Positions 28,605 to 37,865 of a stretch of 41,041 bases of DNA are shown piece after piece. The stretch is from NCBI GenBank assembly GCA_038279365.1, contig JAYODI010000054.1:1-41041 (forward strand), written 5' to 3'. Origin of the DNA: Candidatus Latescibacterota bacterium (lineage in GTDB: Bacteria > Latescibacterota > UBA2968). The position numbers and the translations under genes were made by a program. The notes below the pieces were generated by a model that was given only the letters and a program-made list of their open reading frames with translations, was not told where the DNA came from and did not search any database. Position 1 is the first letter of the stretch; each line of letters begins with the position of its first letter.

Positions 28605-28697
28605 AAGAATGTGGTCTTAATGACGTTTGTTGGATAGATAAAAAAAGTAGTGGTGGTTTAAAAATGGCGTAGCACACACTTTGATTGGAGGCGTATT

Positions 28698-29234
28698 GTG
28701 ACCATATCGTTGAGCAATTTATGGAGATCTATTTGTCGAATGGGTGTTGGCGTGGGTTTGGTTTGTCTTTTTGCAGGGGGTGTTTGGTGCGATGATTTGG
28801 TTGTGGATGTTCACGAATCCATTGCGGGGGGGGCTTTGTGGTGTCGGGTTGGGCGTGTTGATGCAGAGAATATGACCATTACTTGGGGTGACAGTCAAAA
28901 ATATGATATAGGCCACACGCCTATGGTGGATACCGATGGCAGTTTGGTTGTTGAGGTTCATCAAGCACATGAAGGAACGGATCTTTGGTGTCGCGTGGGT
29001 AAAATTGATCCAGAGGCACTTGTGATCAATTGGGGAAAAAGTGCCAAGTATGATCGCGGAAATATTCCAACGTTGGCACTTAAAGGGGATGTGGTTGTTG
29101 AGGTACACCAGTCGCACACGGGCGCAAGCGATTTGTGGTGCCATGTGGGAAAAGTAAATGCCGAGTTACAAACGATCACTTGGGGGCCAAGTGCCAAATA
29201 TGACAAAGGGAACTTCCCCAGTATTGGTTTTTAA
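28698..29234 (+). CDS. Secreted protein made of three ~49-aa beta-rich repeats
   Basis: Signal-like N-terminus; three copies of VV(D/E)VH...LWC.VG......I.WG.S.KYD.G..P. Confidence 0.8.
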   Translation: MTISLSNLWRSICRMGVGVGLVCLFAGGVWCDDLVVDVHESIAGGALWCRVGRVDAENMTITWGDSQKYDIGHTPMVDTDGSLVVEVHQAHEGTDLWCRVGKIDPEALVINWGKSAKYDRGNIPTLALKGDVVVEVHQSHTGASDLWCHVGKVNAELQTITWGPSAKYDKGNFPSIGF

Positions 29235-29267
29235 AAGCAATTTAAGAAAGTGTGGGTGGAAACAACG

Positions 29268-29308
29268 ATCCCCCTAATCATTTTTTAATGGTTAGGGGGA
29301 TATTTTTT
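29268..29308. terminator. Terminator between convergent genes
   Basis: ATCCCCCTAATCATT-tttt-AATGGTTAGGGGGAT plus T-run. Confidence 0.75.
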
Positions 29309-29831
29309 ATCTTTCATCCAATCCCATTTTATCAAGCAACAGATCGAGTTTTTTTTCTATACGTGCCAATGTCTCAGAAAGATCATCTGAGGTTGTTACT
29401 GGTTTTTTGGTGCTGGGTTTCTCCTGGGGAGAGGCAGTTGGTGAACGACCTTGCGTGGCCAATGTATCTGCTTTTTTATTGTTGGCGCGAACAATGTGCT
29501 CGTAAGTTACTTCCTCAAACTTGGACATGATCGATTGTGCTTCATGCATCAGGCGGGTGAGTTCGGCATCTTTATTACGCCACGTGCCTGTCATTTGGTT
29601 AACGATCAATTGACTGTCCATGCGAATGTGCAAGTGCGTCACATTCAACTGCAAAGCGAGTTTGGCGCCCTTAATGAGGGCCAAGTATTCAGCTTGGTTG
29701 TTGGTGCCATTTCCAGCAGACTCGCTAAAATCTGCCACTTCAATACCATCTATTGTGATGTGGCCACCAATACCCATTGTGCCAGGATTGGGTTCACACC
29801 CCCCATCACAATGGAGAATTGCAGAGATCAT
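29307..29831 (-). CDS. Ribonuclease HI family protein with C-terminal coiled-coil tail
   Basis: HCDGG..PNPG, TNNQAEY, DSQLIVNQM.G.W, HIVR..NKKAD.LA; no basic protrusion. Confidence 0.9.
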   Translation of the reverse strand: MISAILHCDGGCEPNPGTMGIGGHITIDGIEVADFSESAGNGTNNQAEYLALIKGAKLALQLNVTHLHIRMDSQLIVNQMTGTWRNKDAELTRLMHEAQSIMSKFEEVTYEHIVRANNKKADTLATQGRSPTASPQEKPSTKKPVTTSDDLSETLARIEKKLDLLLDKMGLDER

Positions 29832-29881
29832 GTTATATCCAAGTGGAAAAGGTTGACTGTGTTTATGGGCAATTGTGTAAA

Positions 29882-30235
29882 TCACACACCTAATGTGTCC
29901 AGGGTTGTTAAAATCATATCACGTGTTAGAGGTTTGGTGAGTGTTATTTCTGCTCCCAAGTCTTTGGTTACGTCCAAATATTCACTTCCCTCTCCCGACA
30001 TGGTGACGATTTTGGGAGGGTTTGCCAAGTGTGAAATTTCCAATAAAGCCTCAATGCCATCTTTTTGAGGCATCAGCAGATCGGTAAAAATAATATCTAA
30101 TTTTTCGTTTAAATAAATCTTCGCACCTAAATCGGCATTTGTTTCTGTAAAAAGCGTGTGGCCCAAGGGCTCCAAAGTATATTTAAACAGCTCAAGAATA
30201 TCTCCGTCATCATCCATAACCAAAATATTTGCCAT
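29882..30235 (-). CDS. Single-domain response regulator (paralog 1)
   Basis: ILVMDDD, TDLLMP..DG, MSG, KP. Confidence 0.9.
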   Translation of the reverse strand: MANILVMDDDGDILELFKYTLEPLGHTLFTETNADLGAKIYLNEKLDIIFTDLLMPQKDGIEALLEISHLANPPKIVTMSGEGSEYLDVTKDLGAEITLTKPLTRDMILTTLDTLGV

Positions 30236-30448
30236 AAAAACTCCAGAACATTGTGTGTAGAACTGGTGATAAACCTCTTTGTTTAAAAAACGTGATGGAC
30301 TAAGGGGTTTTGTGTTATTGTGGTCAATCCGGGGTTAATATCGGGCAATTCACCATTATTGACAATTTTGAGCAGTGTTCTGGTGAAAATCTGATTAGAT
30401 AGGCATTGAAAAAGGTTTTCGGTTGATATTGCGAATGGGAGATGTCTC

Positions 30449-31303
30449 TCACCCTTGTGCATCGCGCCACGAGTAGCGTGGGGTATAGCCCAGTGTGTTT
30501 TGTGCTTTTGTGATGCTGTAGGCAGGATGGGTACTGGTAAGTCCCAAAGTTAGGCCTGCTACTTCGGGCACATAGCGCGGAATTACCTCGCATAGTGGTT
30601 CGGCACTGTGGGCGTCTGCTGCACCAACATTGAATGGATGATTTCCAGATCCAAGATCATCGAGGTTTTCAAGTGCAAGCCGAGTCGCTTGCGCAACATC
30701 ACGAGAGTCGACATAAGACCAAAGACCTGCGGAAGCGTCTCTGTTTCCTCGAGGACGACCTCGGGTCCCGTATTCGTCAGGTCCAACCACAAAGGCGATG
30801 CGAAGGGAAGCAACTTGAAGACCGTGCTCCTGAGCCGCAAGTGTCAAAGTCTCTTCGCCTACCCATTTGGAAAGGGCGTAAAAATCATCCGGTCGCTTGG
30901 CAACCTGCTCGTCTGAGGGTAGGGTTTCAATACCGCCATGTCGAATTTGGTAATCAAGCCCGTAGACGGTGATAGAGCTGGCATACACCACGCGTTTGAT
31001 GCCGAGAGCGACACATGCTGCTGAAACATTCGCAGTGGCTGACGTATTGTTTGTAAAAACCTCTTCGCCCGGATGATGTGCGGTGTCGGGATAGGCTCCC
31101 AAGTGAACAACGGCATCGGCCCCAGCCAAAGCTGCATAGACACTTCCTGCATTAGACAGGTCGATATACAAAGATTGCCGTGCCAGACCCGAGGGTGGCA
31201 AGATGCGATCTGCAGCAACAATGGAGTAGGTTGTTTCCTTCTGAAATTCAGCAAGAACAGATCGTCCCACACGCCCCGCAGCCCCAGTAACGACAACTTT
31301 CAT
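30449..31303 (-). CDS. NAD-dependent epimerase/dehydratase (extended SDR)
   Basis: VTGAAGRVG, VVHLGA, YASS, YALSK; SD AAGGAG. Confidence 0.9.
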   Translation of the reverse strand: MKVVVTGAAGRVGRSVLAEFQKETTYSIVAADRILPPSGLARQSLYIDLSNAGSVYAALAGADAVVHLGAYPDTAHHPGEEVFTNNTSATANVSAACVALGIKRVVYASSITVYGLDYQIRHGGIETLPSDEQVAKRPDDFYALSKWVGEETLTLAAQEHGLQVASLRIAFVVGPDEYGTRGRPRGNRDASAGLWSYVDSRDVAQATRLALENLDDLGSGNHPFNVGAADAHSAEPLCEVIPRYVPEVAGLTLGLTSTHPAYSITKAQNTLGYTPRYSWRDAQG

Positions 31304-31507
31304 AATATTCTCCTTAATAAATAAATACGAAAAGCAAAGCTTTCATATTGGGTCATACGCTCAAATGAAAATCTTGACTCAAGACAATATATGTCTTTCC
31401 ATATGTACAAGCAATTTTGTGAAGTGAAGGTTATGTGCATCAAATGAAATGTAGAGCAGGAAATTCAAATACAATTTTAAATCGGTAAATCAAAGTGGAG
31501 ATGCATT

Positions 31508-32644
31508 ATGAACGCAGACTTTGAAGCAATGATGGAGCTGGCAATTTCCAAGTGCACGACCTTGTCGCCGACAGATGCAAGGCATTTTCTTGAGCATGGC
31601 TGGGTCTTGGTTAAGGGCGCTGTCTCGAAAGAGATTGCGGCGGATATTGTGGCCTGTGCCTGGCGCGAGCTAGAGGAACGGGGTATCAAGAAGGACGACC
31701 CGAAGACATGGAAACAAGAGCCATATATCCGGACAGGTTGCCCGCCCAACATTAGCATTATGGCTTCGCGCGGCGATCAGAAGGCGGCCGCACAGAAACT
31801 GGAGATTAGGACGCGTTACGGTATGCCGCCGGAAAGCCCGCTGCTAATGGACGTTGCACCACGCGCACTCGGCGCCCAGCTTGATTGTGTGGGGGGCTGG
31901 GACCGGGTGAAAGACCCGGAACAAATCATGTTGCCAGATTCCCTGGCTGTGAACCTGTGTAAAGATGACAGTGCTCTGGGTGAGGGTGGGTGGCGTTCCG
32001 CGCGTGCTCCAGGTTGGCACAAGGACGGCTGGCACTACCGTCACTTCCTCGACTCGCCACAGCAGGGGCTCTTGCTGGGTTACTTATATTCCGACATACT
32101 CCCTGGCTCCGGGGGGACTCAAATGTGCGTTGATTCTATCGGTGTGGTTGCTCGATTGCTCGCCCAGCATCCAGAAGGCATTCACCCAGATTCTGTCCAG
32201 TCTTACATTCAGCCGCACATGATTAAAGAGTGCAAGCAGTTTGAAGAACTCACAGGGGAGGCGGGAGACTTGGCCATTATGCATCCGTATATGGTCCACC
32301 GCGTTGCAGGCAATCCCAGCGGGAGACCCCGCTTTGCGCAATTTCCCAGCCTGAAACTTTCCCAGCCGATGCAGTTTGGCCGAAATGATCCGAGTGACTA
32401 CAGCCTGAGTGAACTCGTTGTGCTGAAGGAGCTCGGGCAATTGAAGCGTTTCGACTTTGCAGAAGAAGAAGATTATGTAACGTATCCTCGCGAAGACATC
32501 ACGCCGCCACCATCACGTACTGAAGAAGAAAAGTTGGCAATTGGTGTGGTACTCTATGAGGAGCAACAACGGATGGCGCTAACAGAGCCTGAATGGGCCA
32601 AAGAGATGTGGCCTAAGCGAGAGCTTCCTGAAATGTCTAAATAG
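31508..32644 (+). CDS. PhyH-like dioxygenase-fold protein
   Basis: HFLEHGWV, GWHKDG, SDI.PG.GGT, GEAGD..IMHP...H...R. Confidence 0.65.
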   Translation: MNADFEAMMELAISKCTTLSPTDARHFLEHGWVLVKGAVSKEIAADIVACAWRELEERGIKKDDPKTWKQEPYIRTGCPPNISIMASRGDQKAAAQKLEIRTRYGMPPESPLLMDVAPRALGAQLDCVGGWDRVKDPEQIMLPDSLAVNLCKDDSALGEGGWRSARAPGWHKDGWHYRHFLDSPQQGLLLGYLYSDILPGSGGTQMCVDSIGVVARLLAQHPEGIHPDSVQSYIQPHMIKECKQFEELTGEAGDLAIMHPYMVHRVAGNPSGRPRFAQFPSLKLSQPMQFGRNDPSDYSLSELVVLKELGQLKRFDFAEEEDYVTYPREDITPPPSRTEEEKLAIGVVLYEEQQRMALTEPEWAKEMWPKRELPEMSK

Positions 32645-32887
32645 CTTTTCTTTGAACTGAAACTTCAGCACAATTGACAAAATTCGAACAGAAAATGCAG
32701 TGTCTTTTTGGGTTAGGAAAGGCAAAAGTCAATGAAAGCGATTGATGGTTTCAGGGGCCGCGATGGTTGGAGTGGCTATTTGAGGGGGAATTCTAAAAGG
32801 TTGGAAACTTACGGTTACAACAGATAGTCAAGAGGCGGCGGATGAAGATCTAACTTGGCCCCCAGGTTCACCAGACTCATTCCCAAT

Positions 32888-32923
32888 AAAAAAGAAACAG
32901 CTCCTGAAAGGGGCTGTTTCTTT
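32888..32923. terminator. Intrinsic terminator, strongest on the minus strand
   Basis: AAAAAAGAAACAGCTCC-tgaaa-GGGGCTGTTTCTTT. Confidence 0.75.
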
Positions 32924-33163
32924 AAGCAAACATGGTTCAGCAGTTGTATTAGTTGGTGACCCCGAGGGTTCACGTTCCAAAAGTGAAAAAGATCAGAATT
33001 TGCCTGAAGCCAAAGGATTCACGGTCGTAACGCAAAGAGGAACGTATATAGAAGTATTTCTAATCTGGTCGTCAGGTAAAGCTCTGACTTACTCTGATGG
33101 CTACTCTCGCAGCGCGAACATGAAAGGACCTCGGCCTATTACAGAGCCGGGGTTTACTTTTGC

Positions 33164-33390
33164 ATCACCGGCCTCTCCCATTGAAGAGCCACACCGATCA
33201 TGGGCGTGTGTGACAGTTGGGGGGGGCAATGTTTTGGCTATCCATGCATAGCCGTATGGTTGCGTTTTGTGAACTGTTTGTTCATGAATTAAGCACCGTG
33301 ATCACTTGTTTTAAAATTTATAAATTGTTTATTAATAAGGTTTTATGGTGTTTTTTTTGTCGTGGCTTATTACCTTGGTACATCTTTTGC
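33164..33390 (+). repeat. Copy A of a ~225-bp inverted duplication (partner 40479-40702)
   Basis: First 42 nt identical to the reverse complement of 40661-40702; similarity continues to TGGTACATCTTTTGC. Confidence 0.95.
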
Positions 33391-33391
33391 G
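33376..33391 (+). promoter_or_regulatory. sigma-54 promoter for the acidic lipoprotein
   Basis: TGGTAC-ATCTT-TTGCG, conserved in both repeat copies. Confidence 0.7.
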
Positions 33392-33453
33392 ATATTATGG
33401 TTTAGAACCAATCACGAAGTATCGATCTGTCGGGATAACCAAGGAGAATAAAG

Positions 33454-35085
33454 ATGTTGAAAGTTTTTAGAACGTTGTTCGGTTTATTCGTGTTTGCCGG
33501 TCTTGTCGCCTGTGGTGGCAATTCAGGTATAGGACCCGCTTCCGATGCGAGTGTAGAATCTACACCCTTCGCACTGACCAAGCCGACCACTGCAAAAGGG
33601 GGTGGCAACGGTGGCGAAACAGCCTTCAGCTGCGATGCAGATGGTGTAATGGTAGGTTATGAAGGGGAATGTCCCTCAGTGGGTGTTTACGAGTACACCC
33701 TGTGGGCTGGTAAACACAATGATGCTGGTCGTGTCAGCATTTGGGCAGATGATGTAAACATTTATGTTAAATACGATACCAACGAGACGGCAGACCTCCA
33801 AGAAGCGCACGTCTATGTCTGGACCGACCTGGCTCAGATTCCATCGAAAAGGCCTGCCCCAGGACAAGCACCTTACACAGCTGAACAAATTAATGCCGAC
33901 AGCTATTTATTTGTAATTCCGGCCTCTGATTTTGGTGCTGCTGATCCCTGCGGTAGCACGTTCTATATCTCCACGCACGCTGCCCTGATCGGTGAAGGTG
34001 GAAGCACAATTGGTGGTGACGGCGACAACGGTGGTGAAACTGCCTATGGTGGGGGACCCAACTCTCCCACATGTTTTGATGGTCAAAAGGGGGCATGGTG
34101 GGGATATGTCAACTTTACGGTTGAATGTTATTATGATGTTGTTGGCACTGCTTATGAAGATAGCAACAACAATGGTTCTTTCGATGCTGGTGAAGCTGTG
34201 TTTGCTGGTATTTCCGTTTCTGCTGGAAGCGAGACGACAACAACAGCAACTGATGGATCCTACTCATTTTTGTTGCCAGCTGGTGAAAGCTTCACGATTA
34301 CATCGGCAAGCCCTAATGGAGATTACCTAGCTAATGAAAATGCCGGAGGATATAGCACTGGCGCTCTGAGTGCTTGTTTGGAAGACGTTGACTTCGGATT
34401 TGTGCCTCTGTATGACATCGGCGTGGATGTGAATCTTTCGGTTGACGGTGATTGCTCACCCGATGTCGTAGTCTCAATTAATGGCAATGAGATTTCTCCC
34501 GACGGTGAAGGAAATTATACCCTCGAAAATCAATTGCCTGCTACTGATTACGTGGTTGTCGTTACGGCGTCCAGTGGCGAAGTCTCAGTCAGTGAAACTC
34601 AGACCATTGTCTCATTAAATGCTAATAAGTCACTTTCGTTCAATTTGTCCTTCACCTGTGGTGGCGATGACGGTGATGACGACGACTTCCCCTTGTGGAA
34701 CCAAGACATCTCCCACGTGATTCTCGTCTTCAGCCTTGATTCAAATCCCAACGGTAATACCCAAGACAATGATGGATACTACACAATCAAGATCGATGAG
34801 TATCAAGATGTCGATCCGGATGATCTGGATGGTGATATTGATGCTTACCTGGTAGCGCTGATCGCTGACGGGTTGCTCAGTCCAACCTATGATCTGTTGG
34901 GCGCATCCATCAAAGGTGGCAGACAGACGACCAGTTTCTACAGTTTTGGTGATTACAACACCAACGGTGAAGCGTCAGATCTGCTGCCGGAAGGTATTGG
35001 ATTCAGCTACACAGGTGGTAGTGATAACGAATCTGGTCAAAATTCGATTGACGTCAATATCGTTCGTGCTGTCCTTCTTCAATAA
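33454..35085 (+). CDS. Acidic multidomain surface lipoprotein with SdrD-B-like Ig domain
   Basis: SD AAGGAG; lipobox LVAC; YEDSNNNGSFDAGE and TATDGSYSF motifs; D/G/S-rich. Confidence 0.8.
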   Translation: MLKVFRTLFGLFVFAGLVACGGNSGIGPASDASVESTPFALTKPTTAKGGGNGGETAFSCDADGVMVGYEGECPSVGVYEYTLWAGKHNDAGRVSIWADDVNIYVKYDTNETADLQEAHVYVWTDLAQIPSKRPAPGQAPYTAEQINADSYLFVIPASDFGAADPCGSTFYISTHAALIGEGGSTIGGDGDNGGETAYGGGPNSPTCFDGQKGAWWGYVNFTVECYYDVVGTAYEDSNNNGSFDAGEAVFAGISVSAGSETTTTATDGSYSFLLPAGESFTITSASPNGDYLANENAGGYSTGALSACLEDVDFGFVPLYDIGVDVNLSVDGDCSPDVVVSINGNEISPDGEGNYTLENQLPATDYVVVVTASSGEVSVSETQTIVSLNANKSLSFNLSFTCGGDDGDDDDFPLWNQDISHVILVFSLDSNPNGNTQDNDGYYTIKIDEYQDVDPDDLDGDIDAYLVALIADGLLSPTYDLLGASIKGGRQTTSFYSFGDYNTNGEASDLLPEGIGFSYTGGSDNESGQNSIDVNIVRAVLLQ

Positions 35086-35102
35086 TCAATACTTTAACAG
35101 AT

Positions 35103-35140
35103 AAAGAAAAAGGGCCCTTCGAATGGGGCCCTTTTTCTTT
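35103..35140 (+). terminator. Intrinsic terminator
   Basis: AAAGAAAAAGGGCCC...GGGCCCTTTTTCTTT. Confidence 0.9.
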
Positions 35141-35274
35141 ATGGTACCCTTCAGGTAACAAAGGACAATTAAAAACAGGCATTTTTCCCACCCGGTACTG
35201 GGTGAGGAAAAAGATCAAACCGCGCTGTTGCGAAAACCGTTTTAACACTGCGGCGGATAAAAAAGAGCCAGCTT

Positions 35275-35391
35275 ATGGCACGTATTCTGATTATGGAAGA
35301 CGATCAACCCACACGCGTCTTTATCAGGCGTATTCTGACCAGAGAAGAGCACGAGGTAAAAAGAGATCACGATGCGCTGGATTTTATGTAG
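35275..35391 (+). pseudogene. Truncated response-regulator receiver fragment (38 aa)
   Basis: MARILIMEDDQPTRVFIRRILTREEHEV... matches REC beta1-alpha1-beta2, then TAG before the phospho-Asp. Confidence 0.65.
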
Positions 35392-35498
35392 GGTTTGATG
35401 TATTTTGGGACAACGGTGTAACAGTTCAAAATTTTGTATCTCTTAGAGGCCACATTTTGCAGGTTACCGAGCCTGCAACTGTGCCGGAAAACACGCAG

Positions 35499-37799
35499 AT
35501 GAGTAAATATAAAGACGATGTGTGCTCAAGAACAACCGTGCTTAGAAAAATTGAGGCAGAACGGGATCTCTATGCCCGAGAATTTGCATCGCTCACGGCA
35601 CGTTTTGAAGAAAAAGTTCGTGAGCTTTCGGTTGTTCGTCGCGTTGGTGAAACACTGAAATATGTGCGCGATATACAACGGGTATTTGGGTTTATTCTGG
35701 AAATTATTCTCGAAGAAACCCACGCAGAAACATGTTCAATCATGCTCTATGATCGCCAAACCGAGACGCTGAGTGTTCGCGCAGCCAAAAGTCAAAAGAA
35801 ATGGTCTTTTGATTTCTATGACGCTGAAAATACATCGGGTGTTCGTATGAGTGCCGGAGAGGGAATCGCTGGACGCGTCGTCCAGGAACAAAAAGCCGTC
35901 TATATCCCAGACATTGCAAATGACAAACGATATATTGCAGCTACGGAATACGCGTCGGAAGGTTCTATGCTCTGTTTGCCCCTTGAGATCAACAATAAGA
36001 TCGAGGGGGTTGTCAATCTACGCCATCCGAAACCTCGCGCCTTTGGTGATGAAGACCTGCGGTTGATCTCCATTCTGATTGACCAGGTGGCGATTGCACT
36101 CAACAGCGTCACCGCAATGGAAAGTCTTGCGCAGCTCAATGATACACTCGAGTCGAAAGTCGCGCGGGCGACGCGCCATTTACAAGAGGCCAATGGTCAA
36201 CTGCATCAAGAAATCATAGAGCATGAACGCACCGAAGACGCACTCAAAGAAGCAATAGAGGAAGCCGAATCGGCTAATCACGCCAAGAGTGAGTTCTTGG
36301 CCAATATGAGTCATGAGATTCGCACACCACTTAACGCCGTGATCGGCATGGTGCAAATTCTGGATGAGGCACGCCTTGATGACGAGCAAAAAGACCAGTT
36401 CGCAATTATCAAAAATTCCGCCGACGTACTTTTGGAGCTGATCAATCGCGTTCTGGATTTCTCTAAAATCGAAGCTAGGCAATTTCAACTGCAGGTACAG
36501 GATGTCTACGTTCAGAACCTATGCCACGATGTCTGTTCGCTTTTTATGTTGAATGCGAGCAAGAAAGGTATTGCCCTCACATATGAAGTGCCCGATGATC
36601 CTGAATTGGTCTGGCGCTCAGATGCCGGGGCCCTCCGGCAAATTTTGATCAATCTCGTTGGGAACGCGATCAAATTTACGGAACATGGACAAGTACAACT
36701 TTGTGTTGCACACCAAGACAAAGCCCTCATTTTTGCCATCTCAGATACGGGGCTGGGCATACCTGAAAATCTACATAAAACCATTTTTGAACCGTTCAGA
36801 CAGGCAGACGGATCCACGAACAAACGACATGAAGGCACTGGCCTGGGTCTGGCTATCTCTGCGCGTTTGGTTGCACTGATGGGCGGAAAGATTTGGCTTG
36901 ATAGCACTGTATCTTCAGGAAGCACATTCTATTTTACACTTCCAGCGATGGCGGATTCTATCGCCCCGACAGCGACACCAGATACTCACGATAACCCGCT
37001 TTCTGAGTCGCCGGATCCATTGTGCATTTTGCTCGTAGAAGACAATGAGATCAATCAGATGGTTACTCAGAGAATACTTGAGAGCCGAAAGCACAATGTT
37101 TTTGTTGCCGAAAGCGCCGAAAAGGGCATCGCCCTCTACAAAGAAAGGCTTTTCGACATCGTGTTGATGGATTTACAGATGCCCGACATGGACGGCTTTG
37201 CTGCAGCAGAGGCCATTCGGGCTTTAGAGCGTGATCAAAAACGCGTTGAAACGCCCATTCTGGCTGTGACCGCTCATGCGATGGACGGATATTACGACGC
37301 AAGTCTGGCGGCCGGCATGAACGGTTTTATATCAAAGCCCTTTATGAGGGATGTTTTCCTGAAAACCGTTGAGCAAACCGTTGGTAAGGGCTACAGGCGA
37401 GACGGTACAGGGCAACCCCAATCTGCAGTTGCTGAACCACCCAAGTCTTCGCAATCTGTGTTTGATCGTGAAAAGGCTCTTGAACAGGTCTCGGGTGATA
37501 CGGTGCTGTTCCGAAAAATGTGCAGAGCTTTTTACGATAAATGTCCAGGCATTTTGAAGGAAATTCGAGTGGCACTCGAGGCTGGTGAATTGGGACGGGT
37601 AGAATCTTTGTTACATCGATTAAAGGGCGGAGTAGGTACCTTTTTTGCCTCCGACGCACACCGTGCAGCAAGTCATTTGGAAGAACTTGCCAAGCAAACG
37701 AATCACAGCGGAGTGTGTGCGTACCTGCCTGTCTTTGAGGGGAAATTGGAAGAACTTCATCGCGCACTGGTAGAGGAAGGTCTGATGGAGAGTGCATGA
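35499..37799 (+). CDS. Cytoplasmic hybrid histidine kinase (GAF-HisKA-HATPase-REC-Hpt)
   Basis: FLANMSHEIRTPLN, NLVGNAIKFT, DTGLGI, GTGLGL, VEDNEIN/MDLQMP, HRLKG; start uncertain (ORF open from 35202). Confidence 0.9.
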   Translation: MSKYKDDVCSRTTVLRKIEAERDLYAREFASLTARFEEKVRELSVVRRVGETLKYVRDIQRVFGFILEIILEETHAETCSIMLYDRQTETLSVRAAKSQKKWSFDFYDAENTSGVRMSAGEGIAGRVVQEQKAVYIPDIANDKRYIAATEYASEGSMLCLPLEINNKIEGVVNLRHPKPRAFGDEDLRLISILIDQVAIALNSVTAMESLAQLNDTLESKVARATRHLQEANGQLHQEIIEHERTEDALKEAIEEAESANHAKSEFLANMSHEIRTPLNAVIGMVQILDEARLDDEQKDQFAIIKNSADVLLELINRVLDFSKIEARQFQLQVQDVYVQNLCHDVCSLFMLNASKKGIALTYEVPDDPELVWRSDAGALRQILINLVGNAIKFTEHGQVQLCVAHQDKALIFAISDTGLGIPENLHKTIFEPFRQADGSTNKRHEGTGLGLAISARLVALMGGKIWLDSTVSSGSTFYFTLPAMADSIAPTATPDTHDNPLSESPDPLCILLVEDNEINQMVTQRILESRKHNVFVAESAEKGIALYKERLFDIVLMDLQMPDMDGFAAAEAIRALERDQKRVETPILAVTAHAMDGYYDASLAAGMNGFISKPFMRDVFLKTVEQTVGKGYRRDGTGQPQSAVAEPPKSSQSVFDREKALEQVSGDTVLFRKMCRAFYDKCPGILKEIRVALEAGELGRVESLLHRLKGGVGTFFASDAHRAASHLEELAKQTNHSGVCAYLPVFEGKLEELHRALVEEGLMESA

Positions 37800-37865
37800 A
37801 AAAAGCTTCCTGATAAGGAATTGGTTTGTTTGCGACGTGAAAATGCCACTTGGCCAGAATGTCTC

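Noticed and set aside
32990-33165. Possible riboswitch before the 33129-33161 hairpin
   Set aside because: I could not match core motifs of c-di-GMP, fluoride, ZTP or Moco riboswitches; an Rfam scan would be needed.
33000-33251. 83-aa ORF sharing SPASPIEEPHRSWAC with the 40465-40719 ORF
   Set aside because: Similarity comes from the DNA repeat; no SD, and it crosses a terminator-like hairpin at 33129-33161.
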